Source of the DNA: an uncultured Acidimicrobiales bacterium
GTDB taxonomy: Bacteria > Actinomycetota > Geothermincolia > Fen-727 > Anoxymicrobiaceae
NCBI GenBank assembly: GCA_964512645.1
Contig: CAZEJS010000010.1
Span: 7,022-71,021 of the forward strand
DNA: 64,000 nucleotides
Reading direction: 5' to 3'
In this document: positions 26,530 to 35,416 of the stretch, one piece after another
Layout: every line of letters starts with the position of its first letter
Position numbering within the stretch: position 1 is the first letter of the stretch
Program-made: the position numbers and the translations under genes
Notes under the pieces: model-generated
What the model saw: only the letters and a program-made list of their open reading frames with translations
The model's database searches: none
What the model was told of the DNA's origin: nothing

Positions 26530-27257
26530 GGTTCCCCCTTGCGTCTCTCCTCCAGAAGCGCGGCTACACGCTCTCTGGCCCCTGAGCGTATCACCTCTCC
26601 ATGGCCCGGAAGAAGCACATCGAAGTCGAGAGGGAGGACAAACCGGCGGATGCCCTCGTATGCCAGCTCGACATCCGGCGTGAACCGGGGCGGCGGGCCA
26701 TCCAGGATTTCGTCTTCGTTCCTGATCGTATCCCCGGTGAACAGCGCGCCGGTATCCTCGTGGTAGAGGGCGATGCTTCCATCCGTGTGCCCCGGCAGGT
26801 GGATCACCCGCAGGCCCCCGAGTGCGTCCAGGGTCTCCCCGCCTCGCACCCTCACGTCGACGTGCACGTACTCGTACGGGTAGAGCGGCCTCAGCGCCTT
26901 GTAGTATACAGCTCTCAACAGGTCCAGCTTGAACATCGTGTAAGGCTTCTTGCCTTCGATGACGTCAGCGTCGTCAGGGTGCGCGGCCACCAGCGAACCG
27001 AAAGCTTCCTTGATCCTGGCCATCGACCCCATGTGGTCCAGGTGGCAGTGTGTGGCCACCATCAGCCCGGGCCCGCGCGGGTCCAGGGAGGCGCAGGCGC
27101 GCTTGACCATCCCCGCGTCCAGCGGGAAGCCGGAATCCACCAGAACGAGCCCGTCCCCGGCCAGGAAATAGATGTTGGAACCCCATGTCCTGCGCGCGCT
27201 GTAGATTCCCGGGGCGACCTCGTCCAGCGCTTCGTCGCGTCTCCGCGGGAACAGCAT
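26526..27257 (-). CDS. MBL-fold metallo-hydrolase
   Basis: THCHLDHMG (HxHxDH) motif; downstream His/Asp ligands; a 4-bp overlap with the reductase gene. Confidence 0.8.
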   Translation of the reverse strand: MLFPRRRDEALDEVAPGIYSARRTWGSNIYFLAGDGLVLVDSGFPLDAGMVKRACASLDPRGPGLMVATHCHLDHMGSMARIKEAFGSLVAAHPDDADVIEGKKPYTMFKLDLLRAVYYKALRPLYPYEYVHVDVRVRGGETLDALGGLRVIHLPGHTDGSIALYHEDTGALFTGDTIRNEDEILDGPPPRFTPDVELAYEGIRRFVLPLDFDVLLPGHGEVIRSGARERVAALLEERRKGEP

Positions 27258-27263
27258 CGGCGC

Positions 27264-28265
27264 CTAAGACCCCGGCACGACTATTTCGCAATCGACCCAC
27301 CGGACCCCCTTCAGGCCGACCGCTTCGGCCGCGCCCCTGGAGAGGTCGACCATCCGGTTGTCGGCCGATGGCCCCCTGTCGTTGACCTTCACGATGACGC
27401 TGCGCCCCAGGAAGGTAACCCTGAGATAGGTCCCCATCGGAAGGGTCCGGTGCGCACAGGTGAACGCGTACTGGTCGAAGGCTTCGCCGCTCGCCGTGGC
27501 CTTGCCCTGGGACTCGCCCCCGTACCAGCCGGCGTAGCCGCTGAAGATCTGCCCGGTCCTCACGAACCCTTTCTCGTCGGGCTTCGAGAAGATCCGGCCG
27601 GGTTCGAAGACCCTCGGGGCGGGAGTGTAGGTACCGGGAAGCTGCATAGCGATGAGCGAGGCGCTCACCTCTGCGAGCTCGTTCTTCTTGTTATCGAGCT
27701 CGGCCTGTATCGCGATGGTATCGGCTGTTTCGTGCAGGGCCGCCTGCTCCCTCTTGTACTCCTGCAGGCGTGTCTGGACCTCATGCAACCGCGATTTCTT
27801 CTCTCTCAGCCCTTCGAAAGCCTTGCTCTCGCTGGCGGCTATATTGAGCATGCGCTCGGACCAGACAAGGAAGTCGGTCACGTTGTCGCTTTCGAGGAGT
27901 CTCACCAGGGGGTCGGCGCGGCCGGCTACGTACAGGGCCCGGAACCTCCCGTTCAGGATCCGGCGCGCCGTTCGCACCGCCGCTTCGACGGCGTCTATCT
28001 CCATGTAGCACTCGAGTATCCGGCGCTCAACCTCGACAAGCCTCCGCGCTATCGACACCGAGTCCTGCTGTGAGGTTGCGAGCCTCGCCTCCAGAGAGGC
28101 GATCTCTTTCTCCAGAGTGCGCGCCCTCTCCTCCGCCGACATGAGGCTGTCCTGCACGACCTGTGCGAGGCAGGGCGATAGAAGGCCGGACGCGAGCGCC
28201 GCTACCAGCGCCGCGGCCAGCGCCGCGGCCGTGGCTCTTCTCGCGAAAGGTCGGACCTCGGGCAT
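27264..28265 (-). CDS. RlpA-like lytic transglycosylase (double-psi beta-barrel) with signal peptide and long coiled coil
   Basis: Signal peptide, coiled-coil middle region, C-terminal GWYGGESQGKATASGEAFDQYAFTCAHRTLPMGTYLRVT..GRSVIVKVNDRGP...VDLS RlpA DPBB signature. Confidence 0.8.
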   Translation of the reverse strand: MPEVRPFARRATAAALAAALVAALASGLLSPCLAQVVQDSLMSAEERARTLEKEIASLEARLATSQQDSVSIARRLVEVERRILECYMEIDAVEAAVRTARRILNGRFRALYVAGRADPLVRLLESDNVTDFLVWSERMLNIAASESKAFEGLREKKSRLHEVQTRLQEYKREQAALHETADTIAIQAELDNKKNELAEVSASLIAMQLPGTYTPAPRVFEPGRIFSKPDEKGFVRTGQIFSGYAGWYGGESQGKATASGEAFDQYAFTCAHRTLPMGTYLRVTFLGRSVIVKVNDRGPSADNRMVDLSRGAAEAVGLKGVRWVDCEIVVPGS

Positions 28266-28353
28266 TCTGCTCCCACTCCTTCGATACGGCCCTGTCTAAG
28301 GAAACATGTAATAAGATACCACATCTGATAATGATAATCAATTATAGTTGACA

Positions 28354-28389
28354 ATGATTGTTATGTTGCTAATGTTGCTGGTGTTGTAT
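28354..28389. repeat. Four tandem 9-bp repeats (ATGATTGTT/ATGTTGCTA/ATGTTGCTG/GTGTTGTAT) in the AT-rich promoter region of the RlpA-MBL-reductase operon
   Basis: Direct reading; an adjacent TATAAT (minus strand) lies about 80 nt upstream of the RlpA start; the region is strongly AT-rich in a GC-rich genome. Confidence 0.55.
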
Positions 28390-28407
28390 TTCAGCCCGGG
28401 TACGGAC

Positions 28408-29487
28408 TCAGCGCCTGCTCTGTGACACACGCCGGAGACCTTCGACCTGCTCGGGGGCTCCGGAGACGATGAGGATGTCACCCGCGTCGAGGACCGTATC
28501 GCCCCTCGGGTTTACCAGGAAGTCCCTCTTGGGCCTCTTGAGCCCGAGTATTCCCACGCCTTTCAGGTCCCCCACCAGGACATCCCTGATGGCCCGGCCG
28601 ATAACTGCGGCGCCAGGCTCGACGGAAATGTCCTCCAGGGTGAGTTCAACCAGCTCGCCGTGCGTTACAACGTCGAGGAAGTCGCAGACAAGCGGCTTGA
28701 GCAGCAGGGCGGCCATCCTCCTCCCTCCTACGTTGTGGGGAGAGATCGCGCGATCGGCGCCCGCGCGATATAGCTTCGATTCCGTGTCGTCGGAGTTGCA
28801 CCTGCCGACGATGAACATGTCGGGCCTTATCATTCTCGCGGTCATCGTAACGAAGAGGTTGTCGGCATCGGAGCTCAGTCCGGTCACCAGCCCGGCCGCG
28901 CGCTCGACTCCGGCTTTTCTCAGCATTCCCTCTTCGCTCGCGTCACCGGTGATGACTATGAATCCTTCGCCGCCGGCGCTCTCCGAGACCGCGGGGTCTT
29001 TCTCGATGACCACGACCGAAGTGCCCCTGGCCTGGCACTCCATCGCTATCTGCCGCCCAACGCGGCCGTAACCGCAGATAATGTAATGTCCGGTTATGTC
29101 GTGCAGCTCTTTCAAGGCCCTTCTCCTCCCCATGATGTCGAGGATCCTTCCCTCGATAAGCAGCTCGACGACGCTGGTCGTCACGTAGACCACGGTGGCT
29201 ACGCCCGCAATAATGATGATCATGGTGAATATCTGTCCAGCGCGAGACGGGAGGACGACCTCCCGGTACCCGACCGTGGCCACCGTGATCACGGTCATGT
29301 AAAGCGCCTCCCAGAAGTTGAGGCGCTCGATTATCATGTACCCGACAGTTCCAACCGTGATGAGTCCGAGGAAGATGAGCAACGCCGTCCTCAGGTGCCA
29401 GTATGGGCTTCTCCTGCTCCGCAAATCACACCCCTCGAAGGACTTCCAGGTACTGAAGCTTCGGTCTGCCCGGGCCGGCCGATCCAC
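28408..29487 (-). CDS. RCK-domain (TrkA-N/TrkA-C) two-TM cation channel, MthK-like, with a non-canonical selectivity filter TVGYRE
   Basis: TM1, pore helix FWEALYMTVITVATVGYRE (codons verified: GGG-TAC-CGG-GAG), TM2, then Rossmann YIICGYGRVGRQIA and a C-terminal TrkA-C domain. Confidence 0.8.
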   Translation of the reverse strand: MDRPARADRSFSTWKSFEGCDLRSRRSPYWHLRTALLIFLGLITVGTVGYMIIERLNFWEALYMTVITVATVGYREVVLPSRAGQIFTMIIIIAGVATVVYVTTSVVELLIEGRILDIMGRRRALKELHDITGHYIICGYGRVGRQIAMECQARGTSVVVIEKDPAVSESAGGEGFIVITGDASEEGMLRKAGVERAAGLVTGLSSDADNLFVTMTARMIRPDMFIVGRCNSDDTESKLYRAGADRAISPHNVGGRRMAALLLKPLVCDFLDVVTHGELVELTLEDISVEPGAAVIGRAIRDVLVGDLKGVGILGLKRPKRDFLVNPRGDTVLDAGDILIVSGAPEQVEGLRRVSQSRR

Positions 29488-29511
29488 GAACGAGGTGCGC
29501 GGGAGCGCCCC

Positions 29512-29982
29512 TCAGAGGAAATCCTGCGGCTCGACGTGGTCGAGAAAATCGCGGAAACGCTGGATTTCGTCCTCGTCGGCGGTCTCCATGACGATGCTGG
29601 CCTCGTCGAGCACTCCCTCGTTCGCGTAAATCGGCACATCCATGCGAACGGCCAGCGCTATCGCGTCGGACGGCCTGGCGCTTATCACGTGCTTGCCGCC
29701 GTCGGCGATCATTGTTATTTCGGCAAAGAAAGTCCCGTCTACGAGGTCGTTGATGAGCACCCTTTCCACGCCGACGTCCAGGTCGTCGAGGACGTTCTTG
29801 AAGAGGTCGTGCGTCATCGGCCTCGCCGTCTCGACTCCCTGTACGGCGAAGGCGATCGCCGTCGCCTCGAACGCACCAATCCATATCGGGAGGAAGCGGT
29901 CGCCCTCGTTCTCCTGGAGCAGGACTATCGGCTGATTCGTCGGCAGTTCCACGCGCACGCCCACGATGTTCATCTTGATCAT
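29512..29982 (-). CDS. Bifunctional nuclease family protein (DUF151/BFN)
   Basis: MIKMNIVGVRVELPTNQPIVLL..RFLPIWIGAFEATAIA matches the BFN family; start at ATG 29982, or at 29973; 24 nt upstream of the channel gene. Confidence 0.8.
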   Translation of the reverse strand: MIKMNIVGVRVELPTNQPIVLLQENEGDRFLPIWIGAFEATAIAFAVQGVETARPMTHDLFKNVLDDLDVGVERVLINDLVDGTFFAEITMIADGGKHVISARPSDAIALAVRMDVPIYANEGVLDEASIVMETADEDEIQRFRDFLDHVEPQDFL

Positions 29983-30108
29983 CTGCCTCACCGACTCCTT
30001 TATACTCCAACGCCATACCCCGGTCAAACAACGCCGGAAAGGCGGCTGCGGGGGCTCCGTCCCGCCTCAACGCAAGACCCTTCAGACCGCGCGGAGACGC
30101 CGGACGAC

Positions 30109-31512
30109 TCAGAAAATGCGAAACGGCGCGGAGATGATCCTGCCCATCCAGCAGGCACTGTACCAGAAGAACGCCCAGATCGCTCCGGGGAGATTGGAAC
30201 CGGACTGCGCACGAGCCGCAACGGCCTCGACGCCGGCGAAAGCCGAGTTGTCGAGGGTCACGGTTATCGTGCCCAGCTTCTGGCCGGCTCTGACCGGCGA
30301 GCCCGCGCTCCGCTGGACGGCGGTCGCAACCTTGAACACATCGCCGGACCCCACGAAAGTCAGAGAAGCCAGGTCCCCGCCGGACACCACGCCGACCGAG
30401 CGCCTCGGGAAGGAGCTCACCCTGCACCGCCCGAGTTTCTGGCCCTTGCCGGAGAAAACCAGGCGGGCGGTGTTGCCGAAGCCGTAGTTGAACAGCGCCG
30501 AGACGTCGTCGGCTCTGTGCGAGCTGTTCAGAACCACCGCGATCAGGCCTTTGCCGTCACGCTTGGCTGATGCCGCAAGGCACATGCCGGCCTTTCCCGT
30601 GTAGCCGGTCTTGATCCCGTCGGCGCCTTGGTAGCGGGCCAGGATCTCGTTGTGTCCCACGGCGACCCGGTCCCAGGGCTGTCCTGGCGTGGGAATGGAG
30701 TATTTCGGCGTGGATACGATTCTCGCCAGCACCGGGTCCCGCATGACCGCCCGGCCTATCAGTGCGAGGTCGTAGGCGCTCGAGTAGTGATCTCCCTGGT
30801 CCAGGCCGTGAGGGTTGGTGAAGTGGGAGTCCCTGGCACCGATATCCGCAGCCATCTTGTTCATGAGACCGGCGAACGCATCCGGAGACCCTCCGGCGTG
30901 CTGTGCCAGAGCGAATGCCGCGTCGTTGGCGGACTGGATGAGCATGACGTTCAACAATTGCTCGACGGTGAGGGTCTCCCCGGCAATCAGGTTGATGGAC
31001 TCCTCTCCGACCTGGACGGCCTCCGGGGTGATCTCCACCCGCTCCTTGAGGCCGCACCTGGCCCTGACCACCAGGGCGGTCATCATCTTGGTTGTGCTCG
31101 CCATCGGCAGCCTGGAATGGGCGTTTTTATCGTAAAGCACCCTGCCGCTGTCAAGGTCGGTAAGCACCGCCGCATCCGCCCAGACCCCCGGCGCGGCGTC
31201 TTTCGTGCCCGGTGGTGCCTTATATTCCTTCAGCGTCTCGGCAACAGTCGGTCCGGCGTTCGCGTCGGCGAGGGCAAGCAGGCAGGACACGAAGAAGAGA
31301 AAAACCAGCAACGCCAGCACACCGACGGCAGCGGCCCTTGTCTTCTTGACCCCGGATACCCGCACCCGCGCGTCAGGTCGCCCTCGCTCTCCCGGCCCTT
31401 CGGGGCGCGCGCGAACGGGCGCCGCCGTTCGGGGCGTGTCCGCCTTCGAACGTCGAACCGGCTTACGCCTCGACCTCCTGTTGAGGTAATCCTCGGTATA
31501 GACTCTCTTCAT
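30109..31512 (-). CDS. dac: D-alanyl-D-alanine carboxypeptidase (serine-type, PBP5/DacB-like) with an N-terminal membrane anchor
   Basis: TM segment followed by SxxK (ASTTK), SGN-like and KTG motifs. The start is ambiguous: ATG 31512 or the upstream GTG 31593. Confidence 0.8.
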   Translation of the reverse strand: MKRVYTEDYLNRRSRRKPVRRSKADTPRTAAPVRARPEGPGERGRPDARVRVSGVKKTRAAAVGVLALLVFLFFVSCLLALADANAGPTVAETLKEYKAPPGTKDAAPGVWADAAVLTDLDSGRVLYDKNAHSRLPMASTTKMMTALVVRARCGLKERVEITPEAVQVGEESINLIAGETLTVEQLLNVMLIQSANDAAFALAQHAGGSPDAFAGLMNKMAADIGARDSHFTNPHGLDQGDHYSSAYDLALIGRAVMRDPVLARIVSTPKYSIPTPGQPWDRVAVGHNEILARYQGADGIKTGYTGKAGMCLAASAKRDGKGLIAVVLNSSHRADDVSALFNYGFGNTARLVFSGKGQKLGRCRVSSFPRRSVGVVSGGDLASLTFVGSGDVFKVATAVQRSAGSPVRAGQKLGTITVTLDNSAFAGVEAVAARAQSGSNLPGAIWAFFWYSACWMGRIISAPFRIF

Positions 31513-31672
31513 ACGCTCGCAGTGCGCTCTTCCAACACAAAAAGCCACGCACGATACCGCCGTCTGTCCATGCCATAGCGGGCCGGACAGCACATTTGAC
31601 CGATATCACCGCGGCCAGGTTCCACCAGAGTATATCCCAGCGCGAAACGGCCAACAACACGGGTGTTCTTGC

Positions 31673-32263
31673 TCAACGCGTGTGCCGCCCCTCGATCACC
31701 ACGGCCCCCTCTTCCACCCTCTGCACCGCCGCCCAGGGAATGACCTCCGAGTCGTGTCTGCTCCCGTGCTTTCTCCTCAATCCGTCGATGTAGCTCCTGA
31801 GCCCGGTACTGGCGATCAACATCCCGCGGCTCACCTCCAGTCCGGCGATATCAAGCGATCCGCCCGAGCACGCCAGGACGACGTCGTCGACCCTCTGTAT
31901 CTTCATCCCGTAAGTGTCGACCATCTGCTTGTCCAGGATGTCACGCCTTACGAGCCACTTGCCGGACGCGCTCCGCACCGGGAGCCGGGGGTGAGCGCAG
32001 GAGAGCGTGATCAGCTCCGCGCCGGTGTCCTCGCGCGCCACCTCCCCCCAGGGCAACAGAACCACGATGTCCTCCGCTCGCCGGGCCAGTTCTATCACTC
32101 CCACCCTGTCGGTCCACAGCAGGTGCACGGCAAGGTAACCGATGCGGGGGGCATCACGCGGGTCGAGCGCGAGGTCCTGCAGGTGTCCCACGTGTCTGCC
32201 CTCGCAGTCCTCGACCCTGACCTTCAGCAGTTCCCTGATCCGGAGCTGTTCACCCTCTACCAT
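31673..32263 (-). CDS. PRC-barrel domain protein, stand-alone paralogue of the MgtE N-terminal extension
   Basis: 196 aa; it aligns with residues of about 10-170 of the adjacent MgtE (RVEDCEGRHVGHLQDLAL vs RIEDEPGVRIGRVSDVVV; LVRRDILDKQMVDTYGMKIQRVDDVVLA vs LYRDLLDKQIVDMDGYRIVRVGDIRIA). SD AAAGGAG; overlaps the mntH stop. Confidence 0.75.
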   Translation of the reverse strand: MVEGEQLRIRELLKVRVEDCEGRHVGHLQDLALDPRDAPRIGYLAVHLLWTDRVGVIELARRAEDIVVLLPWGEVAREDTGAELITLSCAHPRLPVRSASGKWLVRRDILDKQMVDTYGMKIQRVDDVVLACSGGSLDIAGLEVSRGMLIASTGLRSYIDGLRRKHGSRHDSEVIPWAAVQRVEEGAVVIEGRHTR

Positions 32264-32280
32264 TGCGCCCGGCTCCTTTC

Positions 32281-33546
32281 TCACCTGCCGACAATCCGCA
32301 AGCTCGACAGGACCAGCCACAGGTCGAGCCCGTACAGGACCGCGACCGCGACCCACGCCACGACGTTGTAGGCACCGCCGTTGACGTGGTCTCCCATTAC
32401 GTCCCTGTCCCTTATGATCTTCAGCATGCAGGTCAGGACCACCGGGAGGAGCAGCCCGTTGATGGCCTGCGATGCCAGCATCACTGTTATGAGGGGAACC
32501 TTCGGCACAAGCACCACCGCCGCACCGCCGGCTATGAACACGGTGTACACGGTGTAGAAATTCGGCGCCTCCGAGATGGTCCGGTCGATACCGTACTCCC
32601 AGCCGAACGCCTCGCAGACGGTGTACGCGGTGGTCAACGGGAGTATGCAGGCGGCGAAGAGGGAGGCGAACAGAAGACCGAAAGCGAACAGGCTGGAAGC
32701 GTAGCGTCCGGCCACCGGCGCCAGCGCACGCGCCGCCTGGTCGGCCGAGGTGATGCTGGTCGCCCCCACCCCGGGCTTGTTGAAGAACGCCGCGGCGCAG
32801 CAGACGACTATCGCGCCAGCCGTTATCGTGAGAAAGACCGCCCCCATCGCGGTGTCGACCCGCTCGTAGGCGAGGTCGGACGCCTTCAAACCCTTGTCCA
32901 CCACCGATGACTGCTGGTAGAACTGCCCCCACGGGGCTATGGTCGTTCCCACTATGGTTATGACCATCAGGATATAAGCAGCGTCGAGCTGCCCGCCCGG
33001 CACGAAAGCGCCCCTTGCCACCTGGCCCCACTCGGGCTTCGCCAGTATCGCGGACACGATGTAAGCGATGTAGACGACGCTGACGAGCAGGAAGACCTTC
33101 TCTACGCGCTTGTAGCTGCCTTTGAGCACCAGGAACCAGACCAGCGCAGCCGACACCGGCACCGCTATCCAGCCGGGCACCCCGAAGACGTGCGCGCTCG
33201 CGGAGATGCCCGCGAAGTTGGAAACGGTGTTGGCGAAGTTGGCCAGTATCATCGCCAGCATTATCAAAGCGGTCAACCTGAAAGAGAACTCTTCTCTTAT
33301 CAGGGCGGCGAGCCCCTTGCCGGTGACGACACCCATCCTCGCGTTCATCTCCTGGACCATGAACAGGAGTATCCCCGCCGGTATCAGAACCCAGAGTATC
33401 TGGTAGCCGTAACGCGCGCCGGCGACGGAGTAGGTGGCGATGCCCCCTGCGTCATTATCGGCGACCATGACGATAATCCCCGGCCCGAGCACCGAGAGCA
33501 GCATGAGCATCTTCTGTTTGTTCATCGCGCCCGCGAGCCGGCTCAC
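32281..33546 (-). CDS. mntH: NRAMP-family divalent metal (Mn2+/Fe2+) transporter
   Basis: GPGIIVMVADNDAGGIATYS...QEMNARMGVVTG motifs; 11 TM profile. Confidence 0.85.
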   Translation of the reverse strand: MSRLAGAMNKQKMLMLLSVLGPGIIVMVADNDAGGIATYSVAGARYGYQILWVLIPAGILLFMVQEMNARMGVVTGKGLAALIREEFSFRLTALIMLAMILANFANTVSNFAGISASAHVFGVPGWIAVPVSAALVWFLVLKGSYKRVEKVFLLVSVVYIAYIVSAILAKPEWGQVARGAFVPGGQLDAAYILMVITIVGTTIAPWGQFYQQSSVVDKGLKASDLAYERVDTAMGAVFLTITAGAIVVCCAAAFFNKPGVGATSITSADQAARALAPVAGRYASSLFAFGLLFASLFAACILPLTTAYTVCEAFGWEYGIDRTISEAPNFYTVYTVFIAGGAAVVLVPKVPLITVMLASQAINGLLLPVVLTCMLKIIRDRDVMGDHVNGGAYNVVAWVAVAVLYGLDLWLVLSSLRIVGR

Positions 33547-33567
33547 CTAATACCGCCCTTCATCGCC

Positions 33568-35370
33568 CTACAGCCAAGCCCCGGCCACCAGCAACCCGAC
33601 AGCCAGAAAGACCACAAGGGACGCTGCCATCACCGAGACACTCACGAGCCTCGCGGGGCCGACGACGGGCCTTGGCCCGGCCCTGCCGAGGATCACCGGT
33701 ACGCCGAAGCCCAGAAGTCCGGCCACGGAAATAGCCGCAAAGAGGGCCAGTGCCCCCGCCAGGGCCTGCCTGCCGATGTCCACCCAGACCAGTGCGGCCG
33801 CGAACCCCAGCGCGCTGACCAGCGCAGCCGCCGCGAAGGTCAGCAGGTACTCCCGGGCAAGCATCCTGGCTATCGCTCCCGGCGCCAGGCGGGACCCACG
33901 CACGTCCCGGACCGCCGCAGCCATGGACCACACGCTCACATCGTGTATCGCCCTCAGCGCGAGCGGCAGGAAATAGACTATCGCCAGCGCCAGCAGGAAC
34001 TCATTCTGGAACGCGTAGAAGAGGGCCATGGCGACGAGGCCGCCCAGAAAGGTCAACATGGTCGCGGCCCACCTGCGGATGTCGAGGGCGTTTCGCACCG
34101 GGGTCCCTTCCTCCTCGAAAGGCACCCCCGAGAGCTGAGCGAAATCCTCCCCCATCTCTTCACGCATCACGTCGATCGCGTCGTCGACCGTCACGATACC
34201 CTTCAATACGTGGTCCTCGTCTACGACGGGCACGGCGAGGAGGTTGTATCGCGTGAGCCGGTTTGCCACGCTCTCCTGGTCTTCGAGCGTCTCCGCCGTA
34301 ATCACGTCCCTCATCATCAGGCTCCCGACGTCCGCGCCGGGACTTGCCCGCAGAAGGTCCCTCAGCGAGAGCACTCCCGACAGGTGCCCTTCGCCGTCGA
34401 CGACGTATACGTAGTAGATGGTCTCGGCTTCGGAACCGACACGCCGAAGGTATTCGATGGTCTCCCCGGCTTTCATGGTCACCGGCACGGCGACGAACTC
34501 CGTGGTCATCCTGCCGCCCGCCGTTTCAGGATCGTAGCCGAGCAGTTCGGATACGATCGAAGACTCATCGATGCCCATGAGTGCCAGAAGGGTCTGGGCC
34601 TTGTCCCTCGGGAGCGAACCCAGGATGTCCGCCGCCTCGTCCGGGGGCATTATCTCCAGCAACTCGGAAAGTCTCTCGTCTTCCAGCGCATCCGCCACGT
34701 CCGAGCGGATGCCGGGCAGAATCCTGGAAAGCACCTCCGCCGCCTTCGCCTCCTCCACCAGAGTGAGGACCTTGTACCGCTGGTCTTCGGGAAGTTGCTC
34801 GATGATGTCAGCCAGGTCGGACGGGTGTACCTCCAGGAACTCCCGGTACGGCACACGGAGCCGGACGTCGTACGGCATAGGACCCATGGGCGAGACGAGG
34901 TTCCAGGGCACGATGCGGTCTTTGAAGACGGTGGCGTTCAAGCGCTTCAGCCGACCGGTCAGCGGCTGCAGGCCAAGCCGTCGGAGCAGCGCCAGCGCTC
35001 CCACGTCGGCGCCGATCACGCGCAGCTCCGGGCCGGACCTGGCGATACGGATGTCGCCGACCCTCACGATCCTGTATCCGTCCATGTCGACTATCTGCTT
35101 GTCCAGCAGGTCTCGGTACAGGAATATGTCGCCGCTCTCGGCGGTGGCTCCATACGGCGGCCTCTCCGCCACTACCCGGTCGGGCTCGACCCTGCTCACC
35201 GCGGACACGGGGAGAAAGAAAGTGCCGCCGCCCTTGTGGGCCCTGGCCATGAAACCTTTTACCCTGGGAAACCTGGCCTCACTCTCGACGACGACATCCG
35301 ACACCCTACCGATGCGCACCCCAGGTTCGTCTTCGATTCTCCTGCCCATCATCGCGCTCAGATACGGCAT
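33568..35370 (-). CDS. mgtE: Magnesium transporter MgtE with an N-terminal PRC-barrel extension
   Basis: MgtE N-domain, CBS pair, C-terminal 5-TM domain, plus about 150 extra N-terminal residues that resemble PRC-barrel domains. Confidence 0.85.
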   Translation of the reverse strand: MPYLSAMMGRRIEDEPGVRIGRVSDVVVESEARFPRVKGFMARAHKGGGTFFLPVSAVSRVEPDRVVAERPPYGATAESGDIFLYRDLLDKQIVDMDGYRIVRVGDIRIARSGPELRVIGADVGALALLRRLGLQPLTGRLKRLNATVFKDRIVPWNLVSPMGPMPYDVRLRVPYREFLEVHPSDLADIIEQLPEDQRYKVLTLVEEAKAAEVLSRILPGIRSDVADALEDERLSELLEIMPPDEAADILGSLPRDKAQTLLALMGIDESSIVSELLGYDPETAGGRMTTEFVAVPVTMKAGETIEYLRRVGSEAETIYYVYVVDGEGHLSGVLSLRDLLRASPGADVGSLMMRDVITAETLEDQESVANRLTRYNLLAVPVVDEDHVLKGIVTVDDAIDVMREEMGEDFAQLSGVPFEEEGTPVRNALDIRRWAATMLTFLGGLVAMALFYAFQNEFLLALAIVYFLPLALRAIHDVSVWSMAAAVRDVRGSRLAPGAIARMLAREYLLTFAAAALVSALGFAAALVWVDIGRQALAGALALFAAISVAGLLGFGVPVILGRAGPRPVVGPARLVSVSVMAASLVVFLAVGLLVAGAWL

Positions 35371-35394
35371 TGGAAGCTCCCGTCAGAAGGCGAC

Positions 35395-35416
35395 AAAAAA
35401 GCCCTCGGAAGAGGGC
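35395..35416 (-). terminator. Intrinsic-terminator hairpin inside the mgtE 5' leader (candidate riboswitch/attenuator expression platform)
   Basis: Minus strand reads GCCCTC-TTCC-GAGGGC-TTTTTT, about 20 nt upstream of the mgtE SD GGGAG/ATG. A candidate -10 TATAAT (plus 35584-35589) lies about 200 nt upstream. Confidence 0.55.

Noticed and set aside
31673-33031. 452-aa minus ORF spanning the PRC-barrel gene and part of mntH.
   Set aside because: The upstream 250 codons overlap mntH in another frame with Arg/Gly-rich nonsense translation. The real gene starts at ATG 32263, preceded by an SD.
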